The position numbers were made by a program, and so were the translations under genes. 40,271 nucleotides of DNA, taken from Candidatus Latescibacterota bacterium. Lineage in GTDB: Bacteria; Latescibacterota; 4484-107; B68-G9. Below, piece by piece: positions 24,093 through 34,400 of the stretch. The DNA lies in contig QNCW01000001.1 in NCBI GenBank assembly GCA_003645885.1, positions 1 to 40,271 on the forward strand. The letters run 5' to 3'. The stretch's first letter is position 1; every line of letters begins with the position of its first letter. The notes below the pieces were generated by a model. That model had not been told where the DNA came from. It saw only the letters and a program-made list of their open reading frames with translations, and ran no database searches.

Positions 24093-25379
24093 TCACTCCG
24101 GCACGACAGCTCCCAGGACGTAGGGCCCCGAGAGGTACCTCCGGGCGGCCCTGAGCACATCCTCGGCGGTGACCGCATCTATAAGTTCGGGATATATCTC
24201 CACGAACCTGTACCCTAACCCCGTAAGCTCGTACTTGGCCAGGAGGGACGCCTGGTCCATGTTCCTCTCCTGGGACATCAGGAAGGTCCCTTTAATGTAG
24301 GTCTTGGCAGCCTCGAGCTCTTCCTCCGGGACCTGCTCCTCGACCATCCTTTCCACCTCTCCAAGCACAACTTCCTTGGCCTCCTCGAAACGCTCCGGCC
24401 TCGTGCCCAGGTATATCAGAAATAGGCTCGGCCCCTCCATAGCTATGTAGCTCGAGCCTATCTGATAGGCGAGCCCCCTCTCGTCCCTGACGGATACGAA
24501 GAGCCTGGAGTCCATCGCTCCACCTAAGATGGCGTCCAGAACCTCCAGGGCTGCGAAATCCCGGTCCGAAACCGGCGGGGCTGGGTAACCAAAGGCGGCC
24601 CAAACTGCTCGGCTTTCCCTCTGCTCAAAGGTTTCGCTGGATTCCTCCCGGCCGGGAACCTGTCCGGGCGCAGGTTCGGGGAGCGGCCCCTCGGGCAGGT
24701 CCGCCAGGTTCTCCTCCACCTCCTTCAAAAACTCCCCCTCCGGGAAGTTCCCCACCGCAGCCAGGACCATGTTGTTCGGGACGTAGAACTTCCTGTACCA
24801 CCCCACGACCTCTTCCCTTGAGAACTTGGACACCGTCTCCGGATAACCCAATACGGGCTTGTGGTGAGGGTGCTGGCCGTAGAAGGCCTCCCTCATAAGG
24901 TCAACGGCCCTGGTAAGGAGTCGGTCCCTTCTTGCCTTTATCCTTTTGAGGGCCATCTGCTTTTCCTGTTCAACTTCGTCCTCCGGGAACTTGGGATGGA
25001 GCACGACGTCGAAGAGCAACTCCAAGGCCTCCTTCCACCGGTCCTTCGTGGCTAAAAGCGAGATGTATCCGTACTCCCGGAACGCCCCCGAGGAAAGCTT
25101 GGCGCCCAAGGACTCTATCTCCTCCGCAAGCTCCTCCGCAGTCCTGGATTCCGTTCCCTTCAGGAGAAGTCGTTGCGTTATATCGGAGAGTCCCGCCTCC
25201 TCGTCCCTCTCGTAGAGGGGCCCCATCCTCAGGAGCACCTCCACCGCAACTATGTCGTTGGCCCCTGATGGCTTGGTCAACACCACGAGGCCGTTTTCGA
25301 ATGTAACCTTTCTGACGGCAGGCTTTTCGGCCTTAGTTACGGCAAAGAGCAGCCCGAAGGCCAGCAGAAATTTGAGCAT
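24093..25379 (-). CDS. M16 (pitrilysin/insulinase) family protein, predicted secreted and non-catalytic
   Basis: Signal-like N-terminus MLKFLLAFGLLFAVTKA. The fold is M16 (FENGL.V, ..LLKGT.SR....L...IE.LGA). Where active M16 enzymes have HxxEH the sequence reads SDITQRL, so His, Glu and His are all replaced. GGAGGGGG SD. Confidence 0.83.
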   Translation of the reverse strand: MLKFLLAFGLLFAVTKAEKPAVRKVTFENGLVVLTKPSGANDIVAVEVLLRMGPLYERDEEAGLSDITQRLLLKGTESRTAEELAEEIESLGAKLSSGAFREYGYISLLATKDRWKEALELLFDVVLHPKFPEDEVEQEKQMALKRIKARRDRLLTRAVDLMREAFYGQHPHHKPVLGYPETVSKFSREEVVGWYRKFYVPNNMVLAAVGNFPEGEFLKEVEENLADLPEGPLPEPAPGQVPGREESSETFEQRESRAVWAAFGYPAPPVSDRDFAALEVLDAILGGAMDSRLFVSVRDERGLAYQIGSSYIAMEGPSLFLIYLGTRPERFEEAKEVVLGEVERMVEEQVPEEELEAAKTYIKGTFLMSQERNMDQASLLAKYELTGLGYRFVEIYPELIDAVTAEDVLRAARRYLSGPYVLGAVVPE

Positions 25380-25406
25380 GCCCCCTCCTGCGAACGTCCG
25401 CCCCTA

Positions 25407-25435
25407 AAGATACGGACTTTCGGGACCAAGCGCAA
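25407..25435 (-). promoter_or_regulatory. Weak candidate promoter for the M16 operon
   Basis: On the minus strand: TTGCGC (25435-25430), 17 nt, TATCTT (25412-25407), about 27 nt upstream of ATG 25379. The hexamers are imperfect. Confidence 0.22.
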
Positions 25436-25437
25436 GG

Positions 25438-25466
25438 TTGACATCGGAGGGGGGTTTTGTTATATT
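25438..25466 (+). promoter_or_regulatory. Near-consensus promoter for lysS and downstream genes
   Basis: TTGACA (25438-25443), 17-nt spacer, TATATT (25461-25466), 16 nt upstream of ATG 25483, with GGGAGGA as SD in between. Confidence 0.5.
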
Positions 25467-25482
25467 TTCTTGGGAGGACGAT

Positions 25483-26979
25483 ATGAGACCTGAAGATCAG
25501 CTCATAGAAAGGCGCAGGGAAAAGCTGGCTAAATTAAGGGAGATGGGCGTAGAGCCTTATCCCTACAAGTTCCAGGTCACCCACACCTCCCGGGAGGTAA
25601 AGGAAGAGTTCGATTCCCTAAGTTCCGCCCGGGACCCCGTCTCCGTGGCCGGTCGAATTATGTCGGTAAGGGAACATGGAAAGACCTGTTTCTCACACAT
25701 ACAGGACTGGGAAGGGAGGATACAGATATACATAAGGAGGGATGTGGTGGGTGACGAAGCGTTCTCCACGTTCAAGCTCTTGGACATCGGCGACATCATC
25801 GGGGTCAGGGGTACCGTCTTCCGCACCCGCACGGGGGAGATAACCGTAGAAGTAGGGTCCTTCCAGGTGCTCTGCAAGAGCCTGAGGCCGCTTCCCGTGG
25901 TGAAGGAGAAGGTGGAGGGCGACAGAAGGATAATCTACGACCCCTTCACCGACAAGGAGCAGAGGTACCGCCAGAGGTATGTGGACCTCATAGTGAACCC
26001 GGATGTGAGGGAGGTGTTCCGCAGACGCACCGAGACTATACGTGCTCTGAGGAACTTCCTGGACGAAAGAGGATTCTTGGAGGTGGAGACACCCGTGCTC
26101 CAGCCGGTGTACGGGGGAGCCTCCGCCAGGCCTTTCGTCACCCACCACAACGCCCTGGACGTGGACTTTTACCTGCGGATCTCCAACGAACTTTACCTTA
26201 AGCGACTGATAGTGGGAGGATTTGAGAAGGTGTACGAGTTCTCCAAGGACTTCCGTAACGAGGGTATGGACAGGCTCCACAATCCTGAGTTCACCCTCCT
26301 CGAGGCCTATCAGGCGTACGCCGACTATCACGACATAATGGACCTCACCGAGGATATGCTCTCGCATGCCGCCGAGGAGGTCCTGGGCACCACGAGGCTC
26401 GTCTACCAGGGCAAGGAGGTGGACCTGACCCCGCCCTGGAGGAGGATCAGGATGTTGGAGGCCCTGGAGGAGAAGGTGGGGGTGGACCCGAGGGAACTTT
26501 CGGACGAAGCCCTCAGAGAACTTTGCCTTTCGCAAGGGCTCGATGTGGACGGAGGCATGGGAAGAGGTAAGATGATGGAAAAGCTCTTCGACGAAGTTGT
26601 CAAGCCCCACCTCGTGCAGCCCACCTTCGTCATGGACTATCCCATAGAGACCTCCCCCTTAGCAAAGCGCCACAGGGACGATCCTGGGCTCGTGGAAAGG
26701 TTCGAACTCTTCGTCTCGGGGATGGAGATAGCCAATGCCTTCTCTGAGCTGAACGACCCCGAGGACCAGATGAGGAGGTTCCAGGAGCAGATGAGGCTTC
26801 GGGAGAAGGGGGACGAGGAGGCCCAGGTCTTGGATCGGGACTTCATAAGGGCCTTAGAGTACGGAATGCCACCCACAGGTGGCCTCGGCATAGGGGTGGA
26901 CAGGTTGGTGATGCTGTTTACGGATATGCCTTCGATAAGGGATGTCATCCTGTTCCCCCACATGAGGCCTGAAAGGTAG
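25483..26979 (+). CDS. lysS: Lysine--tRNA ligase, class II
   Basis: An OB-fold N-domain, then YRQRYVDL, motif 2 DFRNEG.D..HNPEFT.LE, and motif 3 [12 protein letters not shown]. The start is ATG 25483. The track's TTG 25438 is the -35 box. Confidence 0.93.
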   Translation: MRPEDQLIERRREKLAKLREMGVEPYPYKFQVTHTSREVKEEFDSLSSARDPVSVAGRIMSVREHGKTCFSHIQDWEGRIQIYIRRDVVGDEAFSTFKLLDIGDIIGVRGTVFRTRTGEITVEVGSFQVLCKSLRPLPVVKEKVEGDRRIIYDPFTDKEQRYRQRYVDLIVNPDVREVFRRRTETIRALRNFLDERGFLEVETPVLQPVYGGASARPFVTHHNALDVDFYLRISNELYLKRLIVGGFEKVYEFSKDFRNEGMDRLHNPEFTLLEAYQAYADYHDIMDLTEDMLSHAAEEVLGTTRLVYQGKEVDLTPPWRRIRMLEALEEKVGVDPRELSDEALRELCLSQGLDVDGGMGRGKMMEKLFDEVVKPHLVQPTFVMDYPIETSPLAKRHRDDPGLVERFELFVSGMEIANAFSELNDPEDQMRRFQEQMRLREKGDEEAQVLDRDFIRALEYGMPPTGGLGIGVDRLVMLFTDMPSIRDVILFPHMRPER

Positions 26980-26989
26980 ATGTGGGCCC

Positions 26990-28216
26990 ATGCCTTCCTA
27001 CGAGTTCTTCATAGCCAAGCGATACCTGCGCTCCAAGAGGAGGACGAAATTTATATCCCTCATAACCTACATCTCGGTCGGCGGCGTCGCCGTCGGGGTA
27101 GCTGCTTTGGTGATAGTGCTTTCCCTTATGAACGGCTTTGCGGGGGAGGTGCGCTCTAAACTTATAGGCATGGACGCCCACATAAGGGTCGGGAGGTTCC
27201 ACGGCCTTCCGATGTCTGAATGGCACAAGGCCATGGAGAAGGTGAAGGAGGTCCCCCATGTCGTCGGCGTCTCCCCCTTCGTATACGGAGAGGCGATGCT
27301 GGCCTCCAAGGGCGTCACGGCCGGGGTGGCGGTCAAGGGTGTGGACGAGGCGACGGTGGACCAGGTCTCCGACCTCGGAAGTTACGTGGTCTTCGGGGAG
27401 ATGCTTCTGGAACCTCCCGAGGGCCCCCCTGGGGTGGTCCTGGGGATCGTCCTGGCCGACAGGCTCAGGACGACGGTGGGGGACACAGTCTATATGGCCA
27501 CCCCACAGAGCCTGAGCCCGGCCCTCCTCTCGGTTCCGAGGTTACACAGGTTCAGGGTGGTGGGGATCTTCGAGAGCGGGTTCTACGAATTCGACGCCTC
27601 CTTAGCGGTCGTCTCCCTCCGCTCGGCACAGACGCTCTTCGGCGTAGGGGACGCGGTCACCGGGCTCGAGGTGAAGACGGACGATCCCTACAGGGCCGAG
27701 AGTGTGAAACGGGACATAATAGGAAAGCTCGGCTACCCTTACTACGTGAGGACATGGGCCGAGATGAGGAGGCACCTCTTCAGTTGGATGACCATAGAGA
27801 AGTGGAGCAGCTTCATAGTGCTCAGTCTGATAATTTTAGTGGCGGCCTTCAACATAGCCAGCACACTCATCATGATGGTCCTGGAGAAGACCAAGGAGAT
27901 AGGCATACTCAAGTCCATGGGGGCCACCGCAAGGAGCATAGGGAGGATATTCATGTTCGAGGGGCTGGTGGTGGGGACCGTGGGCACCGGTGTGGGCGCG
28001 GCCTTGGGAGCCCTGCTGTGCTTCCTGCAGGAGAAGTTTAAGCTCATATCCCTCCCTCCCGACATCTACATAATAAACGCCGTCCCGATAGATATGCGCA
28101 TATGGGACTTCATATGGGTCTCTGCGGCGAGCGTGGGGATATGTTTTTTGGCCTCGTTGTACCCTGCCAGGAGGGCAGCTGCCCTGGACCCTGTGGAGGC
28201 CATAAGGTATGAATGA
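26990..28216 (+). CDS. Lipoprotein-releasing system permease, LolC/LolE family (FtsX/MacB-type)
   Basis: Motifs seen: FIAKRYLRSKRR.KFIS, a periplasmic domain, then the FtsX domain (KEIGILKSMGA.., PARRAA.LDPVEA.RYE). Confidence 0.88.
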   Translation: MPSYEFFIAKRYLRSKRRTKFISLITYISVGGVAVGVAALVIVLSLMNGFAGEVRSKLIGMDAHIRVGRFHGLPMSEWHKAMEKVKEVPHVVGVSPFVYGEAMLASKGVTAGVAVKGVDEATVDQVSDLGSYVVFGEMLLEPPEGPPGVVLGIVLADRLRTTVGDTVYMATPQSLSPALLSVPRLHRFRVVGIFESGFYEFDASLAVVSLRSAQTLFGVGDAVTGLEVKTDDPYRAESVKRDIIGKLGYPYYVRTWAEMRRHLFSWMTIEKWSSFIVLSLIILVAAFNIASTLIMMVLEKTKEIGILKSMGATARSIGRIFMFEGLVVGTVGTGVGAALGALLCFLQEKFKLISLPPDIYIINAVPIDMRIWDFIWVSAASVGICFLASLYPARRAAALDPVEAIRYE

Positions 28217-28934
28217 CGATGTGGTCCTGGCGGTCCACGACCTTCACAAGACCTACATTATGGGGGATGAGAGGGTAGAGGTCCTCAGGGGAGTCGACAT
28301 GGAGGTAAAAAGCGGGGAGATAGTATCGGTCGTGGGACCTTCCGGGGTAGGGAAGACCACCCTGTTGCACATAATGGGAACTTTGGACAGGCCCACAAAG
28401 GGAAGGGTCCTGATAGACGGCACGGACGTCTTCGAACTTTCCGAGGAGGAAAGGGCCCGGTTCAGGAACCGTGCAGTGGGCTTCGTCTTCCAGTTCCACC
28501 ATCTGCTTCCTGAGTTCACGGCCTTGGAGAACGTCATGCTTCCGAGGATCATAGCCGGGGACGAACCCGAAAGGGCAAGGGAGGTGGCCGAAGCCCTCCT
28601 CAGGAGGGTCGGGCTCTGGGAGAGGAGGAACCACAGGCCGGGGGAGCTTTCGGGGGGTGAGCAACAGAGGGTGGCCGTGGCCAGGGCCTTGGCCAACGAA
28701 CCTAAGGTAGTTTTGGCGGACGAGCCTTCGGGGAACCTGGACCCCGAACATGGGGAGGCATTATACGGGCTTCTGAGGGAGCTATCCTGCTCCCTGGGCC
28801 AGACCTTCGTCATAGCTACCCACAACCCCAGACTCGCCGCTAAGGCCGACAGGGCCGTCAGGCTTTCGGGCGGTAAGGCTGTACCGGTTTCGGCACAGGA
28901 TTTGCTAAATCTCAGTTGGAAGATCGCAATTTAA
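28209..28934 (+). CDS. lolD: Lipoprotein-releasing system ATP-binding protein
   Basis: Walker A GPSGVGKTTLL, then FVFQFHHLLPEFTALENV, LSGGEQQRVAVARAL and LADEPSGNLD. It overlaps the permease stop. Confidence 0.9.
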   Translation: MNDDVVLAVHDLHKTYIMGDERVEVLRGVDMEVKSGEIVSVVGPSGVGKTTLLHIMGTLDRPTKGRVLIDGTDVFELSEEERARFRNRAVGFVFQFHHLLPEFTALENVMLPRIIAGDEPERAREVAEALLRRVGLWERRNHRPGELSGGEQQRVAVARALANEPKVVLADEPSGNLDPEHGEALYGLLRELSCSLGQTFVIATHNPRLAAKADRAVRLSGGKAVPVSAQDLLNLSWKIAI

Positions 28935-28947
28935 GGGGGGGTACACC

Positions 28948-31401
28948 ATGAACCAACCTCCGTATACCGATAACGTCAAACGCTTAGTGCAGTTAGCCCA
29001 AAAGGAAGCGGAACGCTTGGGCCACGATATGGTGGGTACGGAACATCTCCTCTTGGCTATACTGAGGCTCGGGGAGGGCGTTGCGGTCATGGCCTTGGTG
29101 AATTTGGGGCTGGACTTAGAGTCGGTCAGGCAGGCGGTGGAGAGCGCCGTGCCCCCTTCCAAGGACACCGTCGTAGGTGGCCAGAGGCCTTTCACCCCGA
29201 GGGCCCATCAGATATTGGAGCGGGCCGTGGACATAGCCAGGAGGATGAAATCGGAATATACCGGGACAGAACATGTGCTCCTGGCCCTTCTGAAGGACAG
29301 GGAGGGGATAGCCGCACAGATATTGGATGCCTTCGGCGTGACCTACAAGGCCGCTGAGGCCGAGATATTGGCCATCTTGAGCGGCAGGTCGGTCAGGAGG
29401 AGGGAAAAGGAGAAGAAGAAGAGCAAGACGCCCTTTTTGGACCACTTCGGGAGGGACCTCACCAAGCTCGCCCAGGAGGGGAAGCTGGACCCTACCATAG
29501 GGAGGGAGAAGGAGATAGAAAGGTTATCCCAGGTCCTCAGCCGTCGCAAGAAGAACAACCCCGTGCTCATAGGGGAGCCTGGCGTGGGAAAGACCGCCAT
29601 AGTCGAAGGCCTGGCTCAGAGGATAGTTCGCAGGGAGGTCCCTCAGATATTGGCGGACAAGAGGATAATCTCTTTGGACCTGGGTGCCATAGTGGCCGGG
29701 ACCAAGTACAGGGGACAGTTCGAGGAGAGGATGAAGGCCATTATGGCCGAACTTCAGCAGAACAAGGACATAATAGTCTTCATAGACGAGCTCCATACCC
29801 TCGTGGGGGCGGGGAGCGCCGAGGGCACCTTGGACGCCTCCAACATGTTCAAGCCCGCCCTCTCCAGGGGCGAGGTACAGTGCATAGGTGCTACTACCTT
29901 GAGCGAGTACCGCAAGTACATAGAGAAGGACGGCGCATTGGAGAGGCGGTTCCAACCTATACTCGTGGAACCTCCCACGGTCGAGGAGACGATAGAGATC
30001 CTCAAGGGCTTGAGGCCCAAGTACGAGGAACACCATAAGGTCAAGATAACCGACGAGGCCCTCAAGGCGGCCGCAGAGCTCTCCGACAGGTACATAAGCG
30101 GCAGGTACCTCCCCGACAAGGCGATAGATGTCGTAGACGAGGCGTGTTCGAAGGTGAGGCTGGCTCAGGCCACCCTCCCTCCCGAGATAAAGAGGATGGA
30201 GCAGCAGATAGAGGAGATAGAGCGGCTTAAGGCGGCGGCAGCGGAGGCCCAGGACTTCGAAAGGGCGGCGGAGCTCAGGGACAGGGCCAGGGTCCTCAGG
30301 GAGGAGTTGGAGTACCGTAAGAGACTCTGGAGCGAGGAGGTCGAATCCAAGGAGGTCCAGGTCACAGAGGAGGACGTGGCGGAGGTGGTTGCCCTCATAA
30401 CCGGAATCCCGGTGCACCGTCTGGCCAGGAACGAGACCGAGAAGCTCCTCAAGATGGAGGAGGAGCTCAAGAAGAGGGTGGTCGGCCAGGACGAGGCCAT
30501 AGAGGCCATAGCAAAGGCCATAAGGAGGACCAGGGCTGGGCTTAAGGACCCGAGACGCCCCATAGGCAGCTTCATATTCTTAGGGCCAACCGGAGTAGGT
30601 AAGACAGAACTTGCCAAGGCCTTGGCCGAATACCTCTTCAACGACGAGGATGCCCTGATAAGGGTGGATATGTCGGAATACATGGAGAGGTTCTCGACCT
30701 CCCGCCTCATAGGAGCCCCTCCGGGGTACGTTGGGTACGAGGAGGGGGGGCAGCTCACCGAGAAGGTCCGCAGGAAACCTTACTCTGTGGTGCTCTTCGA
30801 CGAGATAGAGAAGGCGCATCCCGACTTCTTCCACCTACTGCTCCAGGTCCTGGACGAGGGGCATCTCACCGATAACTTCGGAAGGAGGGTGGACTTTAAG
30901 AACACCATCCTGATAATGACCTCCAACATAGGAACCCGCCATGCGAGGAAGGGCAAGGGGCTTGGGTTCGTGCGGACCGAGGAGGAGGACTACGAAGGGA
31001 TGAAGGAGAGGATATTGGAGGAGGTAAAGCGAACCTTCAGCCCCGAGTTCCTCAACCGTGTCGACGAGATCATAGTCTTCAGGCCGCTTTCCGAGGAGGC
31101 GGTGCTCAAGATCGTGGACATCCTTCTCAGGGAGGTCATAGAAAGGATAGAGGCCCAGGGGATGCGCTTGGACGTGAGCGGAGGGGCGAGGAGCTTCCTG
31201 GCCGAGAAGGGCTACGATCCGGTGTTCGGTGCCAGACCTCTCAAGCGCACGATCCAGAAGTACATCTCCGACCCCCTCGCCGAGGAGATGCTCGAGGGGA
31301 AGTTCGGACCCGGGGATACCGTACGGGTCGTCCGTCGCGGGGATGGCCTCGCCTTCGTCCGGGTCAGGGGCAAGAGGTCGATGTCCCATGCGGCCTCCTG
31401 A
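28948..31401 (+). CDS. clpC: ATP-dependent Clp protease ATP-binding subunit ClpC
   Basis: Two Clp_N repeats ([20 protein letters not shown]). AAA-1 has [19 protein letters not shown]-like short middle domain follows ([18 protein letters not shown]). AAA-2 has [16 protein letters not shown] ClpP-docking-like GLGF loop is present. Length 817 aa. Confidence 0.92.
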   Translation: MNQPPYTDNVKRLVQLAQKEAERLGHDMVGTEHLLLAILRLGEGVAVMALVNLGLDLESVRQAVESAVPPSKDTVVGGQRPFTPRAHQILERAVDIARRMKSEYTGTEHVLLALLKDREGIAAQILDAFGVTYKAAEAEILAILSGRSVRRREKEKKKSKTPFLDHFGRDLTKLAQEGKLDPTIGREKEIERLSQVLSRRKKNNPVLIGEPGVGKTAIVEGLAQRIVRREVPQILADKRIISLDLGAIVAGTKYRGQFEERMKAIMAELQQNKDIIVFIDELHTLVGAGSAEGTLDASNMFKPALSRGEVQCIGATTLSEYRKYIEKDGALERRFQPILVEPPTVEETIEILKGLRPKYEEHHKVKITDEALKAAAELSDRYISGRYLPDKAIDVVDEACSKVRLAQATLPPEIKRMEQQIEEIERLKAAAAEAQDFERAAELRDRARVLREELEYRKRLWSEEVESKEVQVTEEDVAEVVALITGIPVHRLARNETEKLLKMEEELKKRVVGQDEAIEAIAKAIRRTRAGLKDPRRPIGSFIFLGPTGVGKTELAKALAEYLFNDEDALIRVDMSEYMERFSTSRLIGAPPGYVGYEEGGQLTEKVRRKPYSVVLFDEIEKAHPDFFHLLLQVLDEGHLTDNFGRRVDFKNTILIMTSNIGTRHARKGKGLGFVRTEEEDYEGMKERILEEVKRTFSPEFLNRVDEIIVFRPLSEEAVLKIVDILLREVIERIEAQGMRLDVSGGARSFLAEKGYDPVFGARPLKRTIQKYISDPLAEEMLEGKFGPGDTVRVVRRGDGLAFVRVRGKRSMSHAAS

Positions 31402-31415
31402 GGGGGTGAGCATAT

Positions 31416-34400
31416 ATGCTCGTAGGGAGACCTTGGAAGGTGGCCCTGGTGGTGGGGGCCGCCGTGGGATGTTATTTAGGTGTGAGAGCGTTACAGGGTT
31501 TAACCCTGCGCTACCTTCAAGGATTGGCCTCCTCGAAGCTCGGAAGGCGGGTTTCGGTGGGTTCCCTCCACATAGGTCTGGGGACGTGGCACCTCAGTGA
31601 TGTGAGGATATCCGACCAGGTACAGATCCCCCTCCTCAGGTTGAAGTACCGCCTCCTTCCTTGGAAGGTCACGGAGATATCCCTTTACGGTCCGATCCTG
31701 AACCCCAAGGGTGGACCTCCAGTACTCAGGCTGCATCCCCCACCCGTCCCCCTGAACTTCCGGCGGGGAAGGCTTCCCCCGTGGGCGGAGGACCTATCCG
31801 GTCGGATCTACGCAGATGGGGACACCGTAAGGCTGGAGATGGAAGGTTCTTTGGGGGATGGGGCCTTTTCGCTTAAAGGGCACATGGATGGGAAGTCAGG
31901 GACGGGCAGGATGGAGCTTACTGCAAGGGAGGTAGATTTAAGGTCCCTCCCGAAGGAAATCTCATCCTGGGCCCCCTCCGGCCTCCTCTCCCTTAGGGCC
32001 GAGCTTTTCTTGAAGGATTTTTCGCCCTGCAGGGCGGCCTTCCGTATGCAGGGAGAGGACTTAACCCTTAAGGGCCTGAGCCCTCTTTCAAGGGTGTGGC
32101 TGGAGGGCGAGTGGGACGGAAGGTGCATGTTGATACGAAGGTTGAAGGGCATAAGCCAAGGGAGGTACTTCGAGGGGGAAGGGAGGATAACGGACGAGGG
32201 CCCGGACCTACATATCCTCATCCCCCAGTTCGAGCTGGCCTCGGCCACCGATGGCTTTCTGAATGGAAAGGGGGACATAAGGTTAAAGATAAAGGGGACT
32301 TGGGAAGGGATGAACATCACCGGACGAGGGAAGGTACCCATCGCCCTTCTGGGAAGGGTGCGGATGGAGGACGTCTCCTTCTCCTTCCAGCAGGAGCCCG
32401 GCCTCTTCAGGTTGAGCAGGGCATCAGGCTATATAGGAGGTGGAAGGGTTGAGGGATGGGGAAGGTTCCCCCGGAAGGGTCCTTCGAGGTCCAGCTGGAG
32501 GATCGAGGGGGTGGAGGGGGAGGCCCTGTGGGGGTTCCTTCTCCCGAAGGTGAGGTTGCCCAAGGGGAAGATATGGGGGACCTTGTACTGCAAGGGGGAA
32601 GAATGGAGGTTCGTCCTGGACCGGGCCGAGCTCGTATGGAGGGGGAGGGTCCTCCCCACGCTCAGGGGCGTCCTGAGGAGGGAAGGGGGGCAGGTGAAGT
32701 TTCGTATATCCGGCCCTGGGTTGGAGGCCGCAGGGCAGGCGACGAAAGGAGGCTTTAAGGTCTCCCTAAGGGTGGAGGGAAGCCATCACCTGGCCGGGAG
32801 GGACCTTCCCCTGACCGGCGAACTTACGGCCTCCAGTACCGACGACGGTCCTATCGTGGGACACTTACACATAAAGGGCCCCTTCTGGGAGGCGGCCGGG
32901 CCCTACGAACTACTTCCCCGAGGAGAGGAGCTCGTCCTCCTGCTCAAAAGGGGTTCCGTTTACATGTCCGGCAGAGCTATTCCCTATCGAGGTGCGGTCA
33001 GGGTGGGCCCCGGGGGGGTGGTTTGGGATTTGGAGGTCGCCGGTGGGAAGCTCTCCGGAAGGAAGGAGGAAGGCGAACTCCTCGCCTCTTTGGACGACTT
33101 CTCCTTGGCTTGGTTGGGCCTTGAGGGGAGTCTGTCCGGAAGGGTGAGGGCTTACGGGGGCTCGGGTGGAGGGAGCTTAACTTTGTCCAACTTCGGGCTT
33201 AAGGGAAGGGGAGGGATGGAAGGGAGCTTCCGGTTCGGGTGGGACGAAGAAGGTCCGTGGCTTGAGGGGACGGTTCAGGACCGATGGGGAACTTTGGGCG
33301 AGGTCTCCTACAGAGGGGGGGAATTCCGGGCCGTGGGGCTGGACGTAGAGATCTCCAGGATAGCCCAGCTCCTTCCTCTGCAAAGGAGGCTTAGGGGGAT
33401 GTTCTCCTACGATGTGGAGGTTTCGGGAAGGGACTACAAGGCCCACGTAGAGGCGGTGGGCGTCCGGTTCGGGGAGGTGGGGATAGGCTACGTGGGAGGG
33501 GAGGTCAGGGGAAAGTTGGACGGGAACGCCATGCTCAGGCTGAAGCTCTCCGGCGAAAGGATGAAAGGTAAGGCGGAGGGGACCTTAAAGGATGGAACCT
33601 TGGACCTCAAGATGAGCTTGGAGGGGGACCTCCTCTCCTCCCTCCTCGTGTTGGGAGGTGGCGTGAAGGCCTCCGGGTACGGCAAGTTGGAGCTTGCCCT
33701 TGGAGGACCCTACGACTCCCCGAAGTTGAAGGAGTTCAACCTCTCTTTAAAAGATGGGAAGATCTCCTGGGGTCCCACCGAAGTCCGTAACATCGTCGTA
33801 GAGGCCCGCATGGAGCCGGACGGCTTCCTGAAGGTGGGTAAGTTCGAAGCGAAGCTCGACGGCGGCAGGTTGGAGGTCTCAAACAGGAGGGGGGAGAGGC
33901 CCCTTAAGCTGGAGGTGCTGGGGGGCGTGAACCTCGGCGTCCTACAGTTGAACACCGGCCCATCGGGGATAGAACTCCACATCCCGGGCATCATGTCCCC
34001 CGGGAGGACGGGGACCTTCGTGTTGTACGGAAGGAGGCCGGACGAACCCTTCCTGATAGAGGGTCCTTCCTCCTTGCCGAGGATGGTCGGGACGGTCCTC
34101 CTGCGCAACGCCGAGATAACCTATCCCCCTACGGGAGGGAAGAGGCCCTCGATCTGGGATCGGACCGATTGGGACCTCACCCTCGTGGCCGGGGAGGAGG
34201 TATGGTACCTTAGGGACGCCATCTTCGGAGCGGGGGCCAGGCTCAGGATAGAGGAAGGGGACAGGTTAACCCTGCACGGTTGCCCTGCGAGGGGAGACTT
34301 CTGGGTGGAGGGCAGCTTAAGGGCTACCTCAGGCACTATCTTCTATTTGGACAAAGAGTTCTGGGTGGAGGAAGCCGGAATAGAGTTCAACACCAAATAT

